Below, piece by piece: positions 54,583 through 64,000 of a stretch of DNA of 64,000 nt. The notes under the pieces are model-generated. The model saw only the letters and a program-made list of their open reading frames with translations, did no database searches and had not been told where the DNA came from. Origin of the DNA: a bacterium (GTDB taxonomy: Bacteria; Joyebacterota; Joyebacteria; Joyebacterales; Joyebacteraceae); NCBI GenBank assembly GCA_029990205.1, contig JAPEKQ010000002.1, forward strand, positions 32,845-96,844. Direction: 5' to 3'. Each line of letters begins with the position of its first letter. Position 1 is the stretch's first letter. The position numbers and the translations under genes were made by a program.

Positions 54583-55626
54583 CTAGCGCAGGGAGATGGG
54601 GTGCGGTCCCTGGGGTCTGACGCGGCCGATACGCCACCAGCCGGCCTCGTCCACGGCCATCTCCCGCTCGAAGACCGGGAGCGCGTCCTCGGGAAGCGCC
54701 ACCAGGAGTCCGCCAGAGGTCTGCGGATCGAATGTCAGTTCGGTGACCACGGTGTCCGCTGTCTCGATCGAGACGCGAGGCGAGTAGAAGTGCCGGTTGG
54801 TGCCCAGACCGCCCGGGGCGATCCCGTCAGCACAGAGCTCGCGTGCCCCATCCATCAACGGGAGTTCGGCGGCGTCGATCTCGATGGTCACGCCGCTCCC
54901 CTCGGCCATCTCGAGCGCGTGTCCTATCAGACCGAAACCCGTGACGTCGGTCGCCGCATGCGCGCCGGCGGCGATCATCGCGCGCGAAGCCGACCGGTTG
55001 AGCGTCGCCATCTGCTCGGTGAGCGCGCCCACCGTCTCCGCCGGCACCCGCTCGAACTTGATGCCGGTCGCGATCACGCCCGTCCCGAGCGGCTTCGTGA
55101 GGACCATCACATCACCCGGCGTCGCGCCCACGTTCGACACGATGCGATCCGGGTGGATGGTTCCGACGACGGCCATCCCGAACTTGAGTTCCTGATCGCT
55201 CACCGAGTGCCCGCCGATCGTCAGGACCCCGGCCTCGAGCGCCTTCTTCTGTGCGCCGGCGAGAATGTCACCGAGCACGGCGTTGGGAAGATCGCCGTCC
55301 GGGAAGCAGACGATGTTGAGCCCGATGAGCGGCGTGCCGCCCATCGCGTAGACATCGGAGATGGAGTTGGCCGCGGCCACGCGGCCGAAGTCGAACGGAT
55401 CGTCGACAACGGGCGTGAAGAAGTCGAGCGTGAACACCAGCGCGGTGTCGTCGTTAAGACGATACACCCCGGCGTCGTCCGCCGTGCTCGTCGAGACGAG
55501 GACGCGCGGATCCACGATCGGCGCAAGGCCCTTGAGCGCTTCGGCGAGGTCCTCCGGACCCAGCTTGGATGCTCAACCAGAGCAGCGGACCTTCTGGGTC
55601 AGCTTGTAGATCTCTTCACGAGACAC
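54583..55626 (-). CDS. selD: Selenide, water dikinase (selenophosphate synthetase) with an in-frame UGA selenocysteine codon at 55573-55575
   Basis: GTG start at 55626 (AGGAGA RBS overlapping the glmS stop). It reads VSREEIYKLTQKVRCSG-U(TGA)-ASKLGPEDLAEALKGLAPIVDPRVLVSTSTADDAGVYRLNDDTALVFTLDFFTPVVDDPFDFGRVAAANSISDVYAMGG... This aligns with E. coli SelD ...SHGAGCGCKISPKVLETIL...DDAAVY...[30 protein letters not shown]. The ORF track shows only the part downstream of the UGA (54583..55515). Confidence 0.85.
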
Positions 55627-55634
55627 GCTGTCTC

Positions 55635-57464
55635 CTATTCAACCGTCACGCTCTTGGCGAGATTGCGCGGCTGATCGACATCGCACCCTCGCAGCACGGC
55701 GATGTAGTACGCCAGCAGCTGGAGCGGCACGACCGCGAGCAGCGGCATGAGATGGGGCAGGGTATCGGGAACCTCCAACACGTCGTCGGCGATCCTGGCG
55801 ACCTCGGTGTCGCCCTCGGTCGCGATGGCGAGCACCCGCCCGCCGCGCGACTTCACCTCCTCCATGTTCGAGAGGATCTTCTCGTAGAACGGGTCCTGCG
55901 TCGCGATGAACACGACCGGCATCTTCTCGTCGATGAGCGCGATCGGACCGTGCTTCATCTCGGCGGCCGGGTAGCCCTCGGCGTGGATGTAACTGATCTC
56001 CTTGAGCTTCAGAGCGCCCTCGAGCGCGACCGGGAAGTTGTAGCCGCGGCCGAGGTACAGGAAGTTCTGGTGGCCCGCGTACTTCTCGGCGATCTTCTCG
56101 ACCTTGCCGCTCTGCCCCAGGATATCCCCGATCTGACTCGGAATGTCGAGCATGGCGCGGACGATCCGGCGACCGTCGATGACGGAGATGCTGTGCGCGC
56201 GGCCGACCGAGAGCGCGATCGCGGCCAGAACCATGACCTGCGATGTGAAGGCCTTGGTCGAAGCCACCCCGATCTCGGGGCCGGCGTGCGTGTAGACTCC
56301 GCCGTCGCTCTGACGAGCGATCGACGAGCCGACGACGTTGACGATGCCGAGCGTGGTGCCGCCGCGCCGCTGGACCTCCCCCATCGCCGCGAGCGTGTCG
56401 CGCGTCTCACCGGACTGACTGATGACGATGGCGAGGTCGCCCGGGTTGATGACAGGGTTGCGGTAGCGGAACTCGGAGGCGTACTCGACCTCGACCGAGA
56501 CCCTGGCGAGATCCTCGAGCATGTACTCGCCGATGAGTCCCGAGTGCCAGGAGGTCCCGCACGCGAGGATGAGGATCCTCTCGGCCTTCTTGAGCGCATC
56601 GCGATGCTCCCGGAGCCCTCCGAGAAACGCGTCGCCCGACGCCTCGATGAGCCGGCCGCGTACGGCGTCCATGACCGTCCGCTCCTGCTCATTGATCTCC
56701 TTGAGCATGTAATGCGGGTAGCCGTTCTTCTGCATCTGATCGACGTCCCACGTGATCCGCTCGACGTCCTTGGTGATAGAGACGTTCTGGAGCGTCGTGG
56801 TGGAGAATCCGTCCGGCGTCGCCACGACCATCTCGCGGTCGTCGAGGTAGACGACGTCCTTCGTGTGACGGACGAGCGCGGCGACGTCGGAGGCGACGAA
56901 GTAGCCCTCGCGCCCGATGCCGACGATGAGCGGGCTGCCGTTCCTCGCGGCGACGAGCATCTCCGGCTCGTCGGCGTGGATGGCCGCGATGCCGTACGCG
57001 CCGTGAACCCCCGCGAGCGCTGCGCGAACCGCCGCGGCAAGGTCGCCCGTGTAGTACTTCTCGATGAGGTGCGCGAGGACCTCGGTATCGGTCTCCGTCT
57101 GGAACGAGTGTCCCTCGGTCTCGAGCTGCCGCCTCAGAGGACGGTAGTTCTCGACGATGCCGTTGTGGACGACCGCGATCTTGCCGGTGCTGTCCGAGTG
57201 AGGATGGGCGTTCATCGCCGACGGCTCCCCGTGGGTCGCCCACCGCGTGTGCGCGATGCCGGTGCCGCCGATGACCGGGTCGCCGGACAGCACGCCCGCG
57301 AGCGCCTCGATCTTGCCGACCGTCTTCCGGACGTCAACGCGACCGTCATGCAGAACGGCGACACCCGCGCTGTCGTAGCCGCGGTACTCCATCCGGCGCA
57401 GACCCTCAACGAGAGTCGGCACCATGTCGTCCTTCCTCGTCACGCATCCGATGATCCCGCACAT
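55635..57464 (-). CDS. glmS: Glutamine--fructose-6-phosphate aminotransferase (isomerising)
   Basis: MCGIIGCVTRKDDMVPTLVEGLRRMEYRGYDSAGVAVL... (Ntn Cys2) and two SIS domains. Confidence 0.95.
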   Translation of the reverse strand: MCGIIGCVTRKDDMVPTLVEGLRRMEYRGYDSAGVAVLHDGRVDVRKTVGKIEALAGVLSGDPVIGGTGIAHTRWATHGEPSAMNAHPHSDSTGKIAVVHNGIVENYRPLRRQLETEGHSFQTETDTEVLAHLIEKYYTGDLAAAVRAALAGVHGAYGIAAIHADEPEMLVAARNGSPLIVGIGREGYFVASDVAALVRHTKDVVYLDDREMVVATPDGFSTTTLQNVSITKDVERITWDVDQMQKNGYPHYMLKEINEQERTVMDAVRGRLIEASGDAFLGGLREHRDALKKAERILILACGTSWHSGLIGEYMLEDLARVSVEVEYASEFRYRNPVINPGDLAIVISQSGETRDTLAAMGEVQRRGGTTLGIVNVVGSSIARQSDGGVYTHAGPEIGVASTKAFTSQVMVLAAIALSVGRAHSISVIDGRRIVRAMLDIPSQIGDILGQSGKVEKIAEKYAGHQNFLYLGRGYNFPVALEGALKLKEISYIHAEGYPAAEMKHGPIALIDEKMPVVFIATQDPFYEKILSNMEEVKSRGGRVLAIATEGDTEVARIADDVLEVPDTLPHLMPLLAVVPLQLLAYYIAVLRGCDVDQPRNLAKSVTVE

Positions 57465-58829
57465 CTATGCTCTTCCTTCCCCGGAGCCTCCGAGAGCCTT
57501 CTCGGCTCTCGTCGCGAGCGCGTCCGCGCCATCGGCATCCGGCGCTTCGGCGATAACACGTACGATCGGCTCCGTGTTCGAAGGGCGTACGTGGACCCAT
57601 CTGTCGGCCCACGAGATCTTGACTCCATCGGTCCGGTCGATCTCTCCACCGGTCAGTACGGCGACCAGCGCACTCTCCAGCTCGGCGGTCGACCGGGTCG
57701 CCGCCGGGAGCTTCCTTTTCACGATCGCATAGGGCGTGAGCTCGCGCACGAGCTCTCCGACGGTCGCCACGCCTCTGCGGGCCATGTGCGACACGATGAG
57801 CGCCACCGCCGTCGCCGCGTCGCGGCCGGGCTGCACGTCCGGCAGCACGACCCCACCGTTCCCCTCACCTCCCACGACGGCTGAGACCTCGAACATCTTC
57901 TCCACAACGTTCGCTTCGCCCACCGCCGTGCGATGAACGTTCACCCCGTACGAGGCTGCGACGTCGTCCATCATCCGACTCGTCGAGACATTGGTCACCA
58001 CGGGGCCCGGCGTGGTCGCAAGCACCGCACCGGTCGCGAGCGCCAGCGTGAACTCTTCACCGACGGCCAGACCGGTCTCGTCGACGATGGCGAGACGGTC
58101 CGCGTCCGGATCACACGCAAAGCCTGCCGCCGCACCGGTCTCACGGACGCGATCCCCGAGCGCCGTGAGGCTCTCGGGGACAGGCTCCGCCACACGCGGG
58201 AACCCTGTGCCGACCTCGGTGAACACCTCGACGACCTCGCACCCGAGCCTCCGCAGAAGCTGCGGGAGGATCACCGAACCCGCCGCGTTGCAGCAGTCGA
58301 CGACGATTCGAGGAGCCGCGTCGGCCACGGCGGCGCGGTCCACGTGCTGTGTGTCCAGAACCAGCTCGATGTGTGTCCTGATCGCGTCGGCGGTCTCCGG
58401 CGCAACCTCCGGGTCCGGGCACGGCGCCGCGGCTCTTCCCGCGAGCGCGTCGGCGGCGTCGAAGATCCGTTCGCCTTCCTCGCGCGTCACGAACACGCCG
58501 GAGCCCGAGAAGAACTTCAGGCCGTTGTACTCCCCCGGATTGTGACTCGCGGTGATGCAGATGCCGCCCGCGCATCCCCGGGTGCGGACGGCCACACCGA
58601 CGGTCGGGGTCGGCACGATACCGAGCTGGACCGGCGTCACACCGGCGATGAGAAGTCCCTGGACGACGGCCGCCTCGAGCGCGTCTCCGCCCGGGCGGGA
58701 GTCCCACCCGACCGCGACGCGGCCACCGGCGAGCTCTCCGAATGCGCGCGCGTGCCGTCGCGCGATGTTCTCATCGAGGTCACGCGGCACGATCCCGCGC
58801 ACACCCGCAACACTCCTGATAAGCGTCAA
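57465..58829 (-). CDS. glmM: Phosphoglucosamine mutase / alpha-D-phosphohexomutase family (glmM-like)
   Basis: ...SVAGVRGIV... Active-site ...ICITASHNPGEYNGLKFF... TTG start with GGGAGG RBS. Lies directly upstream of glmS on the same strand. Confidence 0.85.
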   Translation of the reverse strand: MTLIRSVAGVRGIVPRDLDENIARRHARAFGELAGGRVAVGWDSRPGGDALEAAVVQGLLIAGVTPVQLGIVPTPTVGVAVRTRGCAGGICITASHNPGEYNGLKFFSGSGVFVTREEGERIFDAADALAGRAAAPCPDPEVAPETADAIRTHIELVLDTQHVDRAAVADAAPRIVVDCCNAAGSVILPQLLRRLGCEVVEVFTEVGTGFPRVAEPVPESLTALGDRVRETGAAAGFACDPDADRLAIVDETGLAVGEEFTLALATGAVLATTPGPVVTNVSTSRMMDDVAASYGVNVHRTAVGEANVVEKMFEVSAVVGGEGNGGVVLPDVQPGRDAATAVALIVSHMARRGVATVGELVRELTPYAIVKRKLPAATRSTAELESALVAVLTGGEIDRTDGVKISWADRWVHVRPSNTEPIVRVIAEAPDADGADALATRAEKALGGSGEGRA

Positions 58830-60643
58830 GGCTGGTCCTCCCCGCCGCCGGCCGGCAGAGGCTCGTCCGGTGTCTCGTCAGGGATGTCATCGAAGGTCCC
58901 GCTCTCGACCTCCTCGAGCGGCTCGCCGGACGATCCTCCCGTGACCTCATCTTCGGCGTCCGCTTCTGGTTCGGCGGGCTCGATCCCGAGAGCCTTCTCG
59001 GCCTCGCGAGCGTAGTCCGTGTCCGGATACATCTCGATGATCCCGCGGTAGGCCTCGGCGGACAGCATGGGCTGCTCGAGCATCTCGCTCCGCGCCCACG
59101 CGGCGGCCAGCGCCGCCTTCGGCCCGAGCGGCGTGTTGCCGAAGTGTTCGACGACCATCTCGTAGTACCCGACGGCCTCCTCGGCATTGTCCATCTTGAA
59201 GAGGTAGAGCTCGCCCGCGCGGAACATCGCCCTCGCCTCTTCCGGAACCACGACGGTGTCGGGTTCGGCGGCGGCAGGCGTGTCGAGCAGTGTGACGGCG
59301 AGGGAATCGGCTGGAATGGCCAGCGAGTCGGCCGGAATCGACAGCGAGTCGCTGAGCATCGTCACGAACTGCGACTCGTCGACGGCTTCCGCGACCGCCG
59401 CCAGTGAATCGGCTGGAGCAATCAAGGAGTCGGCCGGGGCAATCGAGGAGTCGGCGGCCGCGAGCAGCGTGTCCGCGGACGCGGACAGCGTGTCGGCCAG
59501 GCCGGCGAGAGTGTCCGCCTCAGTCGGGGTCTCCTCGGGACCGGCGAGCCAGCTCTCGATGAGAGCGAGCGACTCCTGGAGCTCCTCGATGTCGCGGATG
59601 GCATCTCCGGCCTCACGCGACACATCGCTTCGCGGAGCCTCATCCTTGGCGTCGCGGAACGATTCGACGGCTTCCTCGAAGGTCCCGAATCCGTCACGAC
59701 GGATCAGACCGACGCGATAGAGCGCCTCGGCCGCGGCGTTCGACCGCTCATGCGACGCGGCGATACCCTCGTACGTGGAGACTGCGTCCTCGAGATCACC
59801 CATCATCTCCTGCGTGCGTCCCCTCAGGAGGAGCACGCGGTCCAGATCATCGCGATCGGTCGTGCGACGTTCCACGTCGCCGAGAACCTCGAGAGCATCC
59901 TCCAGGCGATTGACATCAAGATAGACCTCGGCCAGCCGGACACGCGCTTCGAACGCAAGCTGCCGGGCTCCACGCTCGTCGCTGACCGCGGCGAGGTGGT
60001 GCGCCGCCTCCTCGAGCCTTCCCATCGCCACGAAGTTCTCGGCGGCGAGGAATCGGATCTCCGCGCGGAGATCGCTGTTCGGGAAACGCTCCAGCGCCAG
60101 CGCGTAGGCCTCGGCCGCCTCGTCGAAGTGGCGCCGCGAGTGTCTGGCGCGGCCGACCATCACGAGAGCGTCATCGGAGAGGTCGACCGGCGGGTCCGCG
60201 TACGCAAGATCCGCAAGTGTCTGCTCAGCCGAGACCGGGTTGTCCCGGGCGAGCATGACGGCAGCGAGCAGATAGCCCGCTTCCGCGGAGAGATCGCTGT
60301 CGGGATAGAGCGCTGCGAAGTCGTTCAGGCGCATCTCCGCGCTCTCGTACTTCCCCTGTCGGTAGAGCGCGTTCGCCATCAGCAGCAGCGCGTCGTCCGC
60401 CCAGTCCGAGTTCGGATAGAGCGTCAGCACACGCCCGCTCTTCTCGATGGCGCGGTCAAGATGCTCGTTCTCCTGTGATGTCGGCTCGGAGTCCGGCGGC
60501 CTCGTCGCCCGGATGCTCTCGGCATCGGCGTAGGCGCTCCTGGCGTGGTAGAACGTGTTGTAGTACACGCAACCGCTGAGCGCCAACGCTGCGAGCGCCA
60601 CGACAGACCCGAGAAGCAGGGCGGTGCGTGCTTTGGTCCTCAC
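58826..60643 (-). CDS. TPR-repeat lipoprotein with an internal (I/A)PADSL(A/I) tandem-repeat segment and an acidic C-terminus
   Basis: GTG start at 60643 (GAGGAG RBS). Signal VRTKARTALLLGSVVALAALALSGC (lipobox). Multiple TPR-like helices. Repeat block ...ADTLAGLADTLSASADTLLAAADSSIAPADSLIAPADSLAAVAE...SDSLSIPADSLAIPADSLAV... Confidence 0.7.
   Translation of the reverse strand: MRTKARTALLLGSVVALAALALSGCVYYNTFYHARSAYADAESIRATRPPDSEPTSQENEHLDRAIEKSGRVLTLYPNSDWADDALLLMANALYRQGKYESAEMRLNDFAALYPDSDLSAEAGYLLAAVMLARDNPVSAEQTLADLAYADPPVDLSDDALVMVGRARHSRRHFDEAAEAYALALERFPNSDLRAEIRFLAAENFVAMGRLEEAAHHLAAVSDERGARQLAFEARVRLAEVYLDVNRLEDALEVLGDVERRTTDRDDLDRVLLLRGRTQEMMGDLEDAVSTYEGIAASHERSNAAAEALYRVGLIRRDGFGTFEEAVESFRDAKDEAPRSDVSREAGDAIRDIEELQESLALIESWLAGPEETPTEADTLAGLADTLSASADTLLAAADSSIAPADSLIAPADSLAAVAEAVDESQFVTMLSDSLSIPADSLAIPADSLAVTLLDTPAAAEPDTVVVPEEARAMFRAGELYLFKMDNAEEAVGYYEMVVEHFGNTPLGPKAALAAAWARSEMLEQPMLSAEAYRGIIEMYPDTDYAREAEKALGIEPAEPEADAEDEVTGGSSGEPLEEVESGTFDDIPDETPDEPLPAGGGEDQP
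59290..59520 (-). repeat. In-frame degenerate tandem repeat (about 21-24 nt units, GAGTCGGCCGGRRCAATCGASRGC-like) encoding the PADSL repeats
   Basis: Units GGAATCGGCTGGAATGGCCAGCGAGTCGGCCGGAATCGACAGCGAGTCGCTGAGC ... GTGAATCGGCTGGAGCAATCAAGGAGTCGGCCGGGGCAATCGAGGAGTCGGCGGCC. Confidence 0.5.
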
Positions 60644-60671
60644 GAAGTGTCTCCTCGATGTGGCTCGGTTC

Positions 60672-62127
<1,456 letters not shown>

Positions 62128-62131
<4 letters not shown>

Positions 62132-62952
62132 TGTGTCCCTCCGGCCAGAGCCTCGATGAGCTCGTCCATCGTCAGGATGTCCTCCGGCAGCGGTCGGCCG
62201 GCCGTTCTCAGAGCCCCGGCGAGACCCATCGCGGGCGGCGGACGGAGTCCCCAGCCATCGGCGCCGCTCCCGGCGGCGAAGAGCTCGCGTGGCGGCGCGT
62301 CGAAGACGACGCGTCCCTCGACGAGCACGACAGCCCGGTCGGCGTACGCGATCTCCTCGGGGAACTGGGTGACGTGGATGACGGTCCGCTCCTCACGGGA
62401 GCGGAGCTCGGCGAGCAACGCCCAGAGGTCCGCGCGGCCGCGGGCGTCGAGGAGCGAGGTGGGCTCGTCGAGAAGAAGATGGCGCGGACGCATCGCCAGC
62501 ACCGCCGCCACCGCGACGCGCTGCTTCTCCCCGCCCGACAGCCGGTGCGGCGGCCGGTCGCGGAGCTGCTCGAGTCCGAGCATCGGAAGCAGCGTCTCAA
62601 CGCGCGAACGCATTTCGTCCCGGTCGAGCCCCAGATTCTCCATCCCGAATGCGAGCTCGCGCTCGACGGTCGTGCTCACGATCTGGTCATCGGGGTTCTG
62701 AAAGACCAGACCGACGCGACGGCGTATCTCCCAGAGCGATGCGTCATCGCGCGTGTCCATCCCATCAACCGAGACGCTCCCCGTCGTCGGCAGGAGAAGC
62801 GCGTTGAGCAGTCTCAACAGGCTCGTCTTGCCGGAGCCGCTCGGACCGGCGAGCGCAACGGTCTCACCGGCGGCGATCGACAGGTTCACACCATCGAGTG
62901 AAGGGCGCGCAGCGCCCGGAAAGGTCACACCGACGTCGCGGAGCTCTATCAC
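62128..62952 (-). CDS. ecfA1: ECF-transporter-type ABC ATPase (EcfA1/CbiO-like)
   Basis: Walker A GPSGSGKTSLLRLLNALL. Signature LSGGEKQRVAVAAVL. Walker B LLLDEPTSLLD. Overlaps ecfA2 by 4 nt. Confidence 0.85.
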
Positions 62953-63845
62953 GGCCGGCCCGCTTCCCAGGGAACGACCGTTCCCGGCTCAGCGCCGGTG
63001 GCCGGCTCCGTCCCGATCGTCAGCTCGCCCGGAACGTCGCGCCCCTCGCTCGCGCGCAGCCGCTCGAACGCGGCCTCTCCCGCGAGTTCGATGAGGCGGG
63101 TCCTGGCGACCTCCGCCCAACTGCCCGAGGGATGGCGACGGAGATACGCGTCGAGCGCGAAGATCCCGTCCTCCAGCCGCCCCACGTCGAGCAACGCCAC
63201 GGCTCGCGAGAACATGGCCTCTTCGTGCGACGGGTCGAGCGTCAGCGCGTGTTCGAAGTGCGCGAGCCCGCCGGCGGTGTCTCCGCCGTCGAACAGCGCC
63301 TTGCCGAGCGCGAAGACGATGTCCGGGTCGTTCGGCCGGACGGCGAGCACCTGGTCGAGCATGGCGACGGCGGCGGACGGCTCCCCCATCATCAGGAGCA
63401 CGACGCCGAGGTTGTATCCGGCGTCGACGAACCTCGGGTCGATACGGAGCGCCTCGCGGAACTCCTCCGTGGCCTTCCTGAGCTCACCCGCCTCCGCATG
63501 CTCGGTGCCGCGGTTGTAGTGTGACTTCGCCTCCGTGCGGCGCGCGTACCGGGCCACGTCCTCCTCGCCGACGGGAACGTCCACAAGAGCGCCGCGGTCG
63601 AGGGCAAAGCCCGGTGCGACTCCGTTGGCCTCCGCAAGGAAGCTCGCGGCGTCCGTCGTCCCGTAGTAGTCATCGGCCAGCGATGCGAAGCTCTCGCCGT
63701 CGGCGACGACGTGCGTGACCATCTCGATGGTCTCCGCTCCGCTGCCCGTGAACGTCGGCGGCCCGCCGCAGCCCGCGACGGCCAGCAGCGCGGCGCACGC
63801 GGAAAGAAGCAGCGTGGTTCTCATCATCCGTTCGAATCGTCGCAT
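62949..63845 (-). CDS. LysM-like plus TPR-repeat lipoprotein
   Basis: MRRFERMMRTTLLLSACAALLAVAGC (lipobox). ...HVVADGESFASLADDYYG... (LysM-like). Several TPR helices. GGAGGAGG RBS. Overlaps the dusB 3' end. Confidence 0.7.
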   Translation of the reverse strand: MRRFERMMRTTLLLSACAALLAVAGCGGPPTFTGSGAETIEMVTHVVADGESFASLADDYYGTTDAASFLAEANGVAPGFALDRGALVDVPVGEEDVARYARRTEAKSHYNRGTEHAEAGELRKATEEFREALRIDPRFVDAGYNLGVVLLMMGEPSAAVAMLDQVLAVRPNDPDIVFALGKALFDGGDTAGGLAHFEHALTLDPSHEEAMFSRAVALLDVGRLEDGIFALDAYLRRHPSGSWAEVARTRLIELAGEAAFERLRASEGRDVPGELTIGTEPATGAEPGTVVPWEAGRP

Positions 63846-64000
63846 CGGACCTCCTCCGCGAGCGCGCGTTCGAGCCGGGCGCGTACGTTCTCGCTCCCCT
63901 CCATGATGACGAGCTCGCGTCTGAGTTCGACGGCGCCCGGGAACCCCTTGAGCGTCGCCACGATGTGCTTCCTCATCTCCATCACGCCGCGATGCTCGCC
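63824..64000 (-). CDS. dusB: tRNA-dihydrouridine synthase, C-terminal fragment (N-terminal part beyond the window end)
   Basis: Manual translation ...GEHRGVMEMRKHIVATLKGFPGAVELRRELVIMEGSENVRARLERALAEEVRCDDSNG*. This is typical of the Dus C-terminal helical domain. Confidence 0.65.
   Translation of the reverse strand, partial: GEHRGVMEMRKHIVATLKGFPGAVELRRELVIMEGSENVRARLERALAEEVRCDDSNG

Noticed and set aside
54583-55515. selD called as starting at the internal codon at 55515
   Set aside because: The M shown is a GTG (Val). The conserved SelD N-terminus including the Sec/Cys active-site loop lies upstream in the same frame through the UGA. Replaced by 54583..55626.
57465-57500. glmS ribozyme upstream of glmS
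   Set aside because: glmM ends only a few nt upstream of the glmS start. There is no room for the roughly 150-nt ribozyme and no conserved core sequence.
55569-57884. 771-aa plus-strand ORF
   Set aside because: Antisense to glmS and glmM. GC-skew artefact.

Overview
High-GC (~70%) bacterial chromosomal window. It is dominated by conserved housekeeping genes, nearly all on the minus strand, read here from left to right in window coordinates. They include a partial pullulanase, rubrerythrin, gatCAB, pcrA, rseP-dxr-cdsA-uppS, frr-pyrH-tsf-rpsB, rpsI-rplM, mtnA-maf-dtd, rel, recJ, rpoD-dnaG, mutS2, rpsU, rsmE, the heat-shock block dnaJ-dnaK-grpE-hrcA with a perfect CIRCE operator, lepB, glmS-glmM, pyrR and two ECF-type ATPases. 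Several RNA genes are not in the ORF track: RNase P RNA (rnpB), tRNA-Val(CAC), a CAU-anticodon tRNA, and a probable tRNA-Sec (anticodon UCA, 99 nt). Next to the tRNA-Sec, selD has an in-frame UGA (CSG-U-ASKLG, aligning with the GCGCK motif of E. coli SelD). The ORF track truncated that gene at the UGA, and the position points to a selenocysteine-utilisation locus. On the plus strand sits a three-gene acyl-CoA module: a CoA-transferase fused to a Pat-type GNAT, an ADP-forming acetyl-CoA synthetase, and a standalone Pta-N-terminal-like DRTGG/AAA protein. A 1075-aa protein fusing an HExxH domain, TolB-like beta-propeller repeats and an Omp85-type beta-barrel is also notable. No CRISPR array, IS element or prophage signal is visible. 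Many long opposite-strand ORFs in the track are GC-skew artefacts. The track prints GTG and TTG starts as M.
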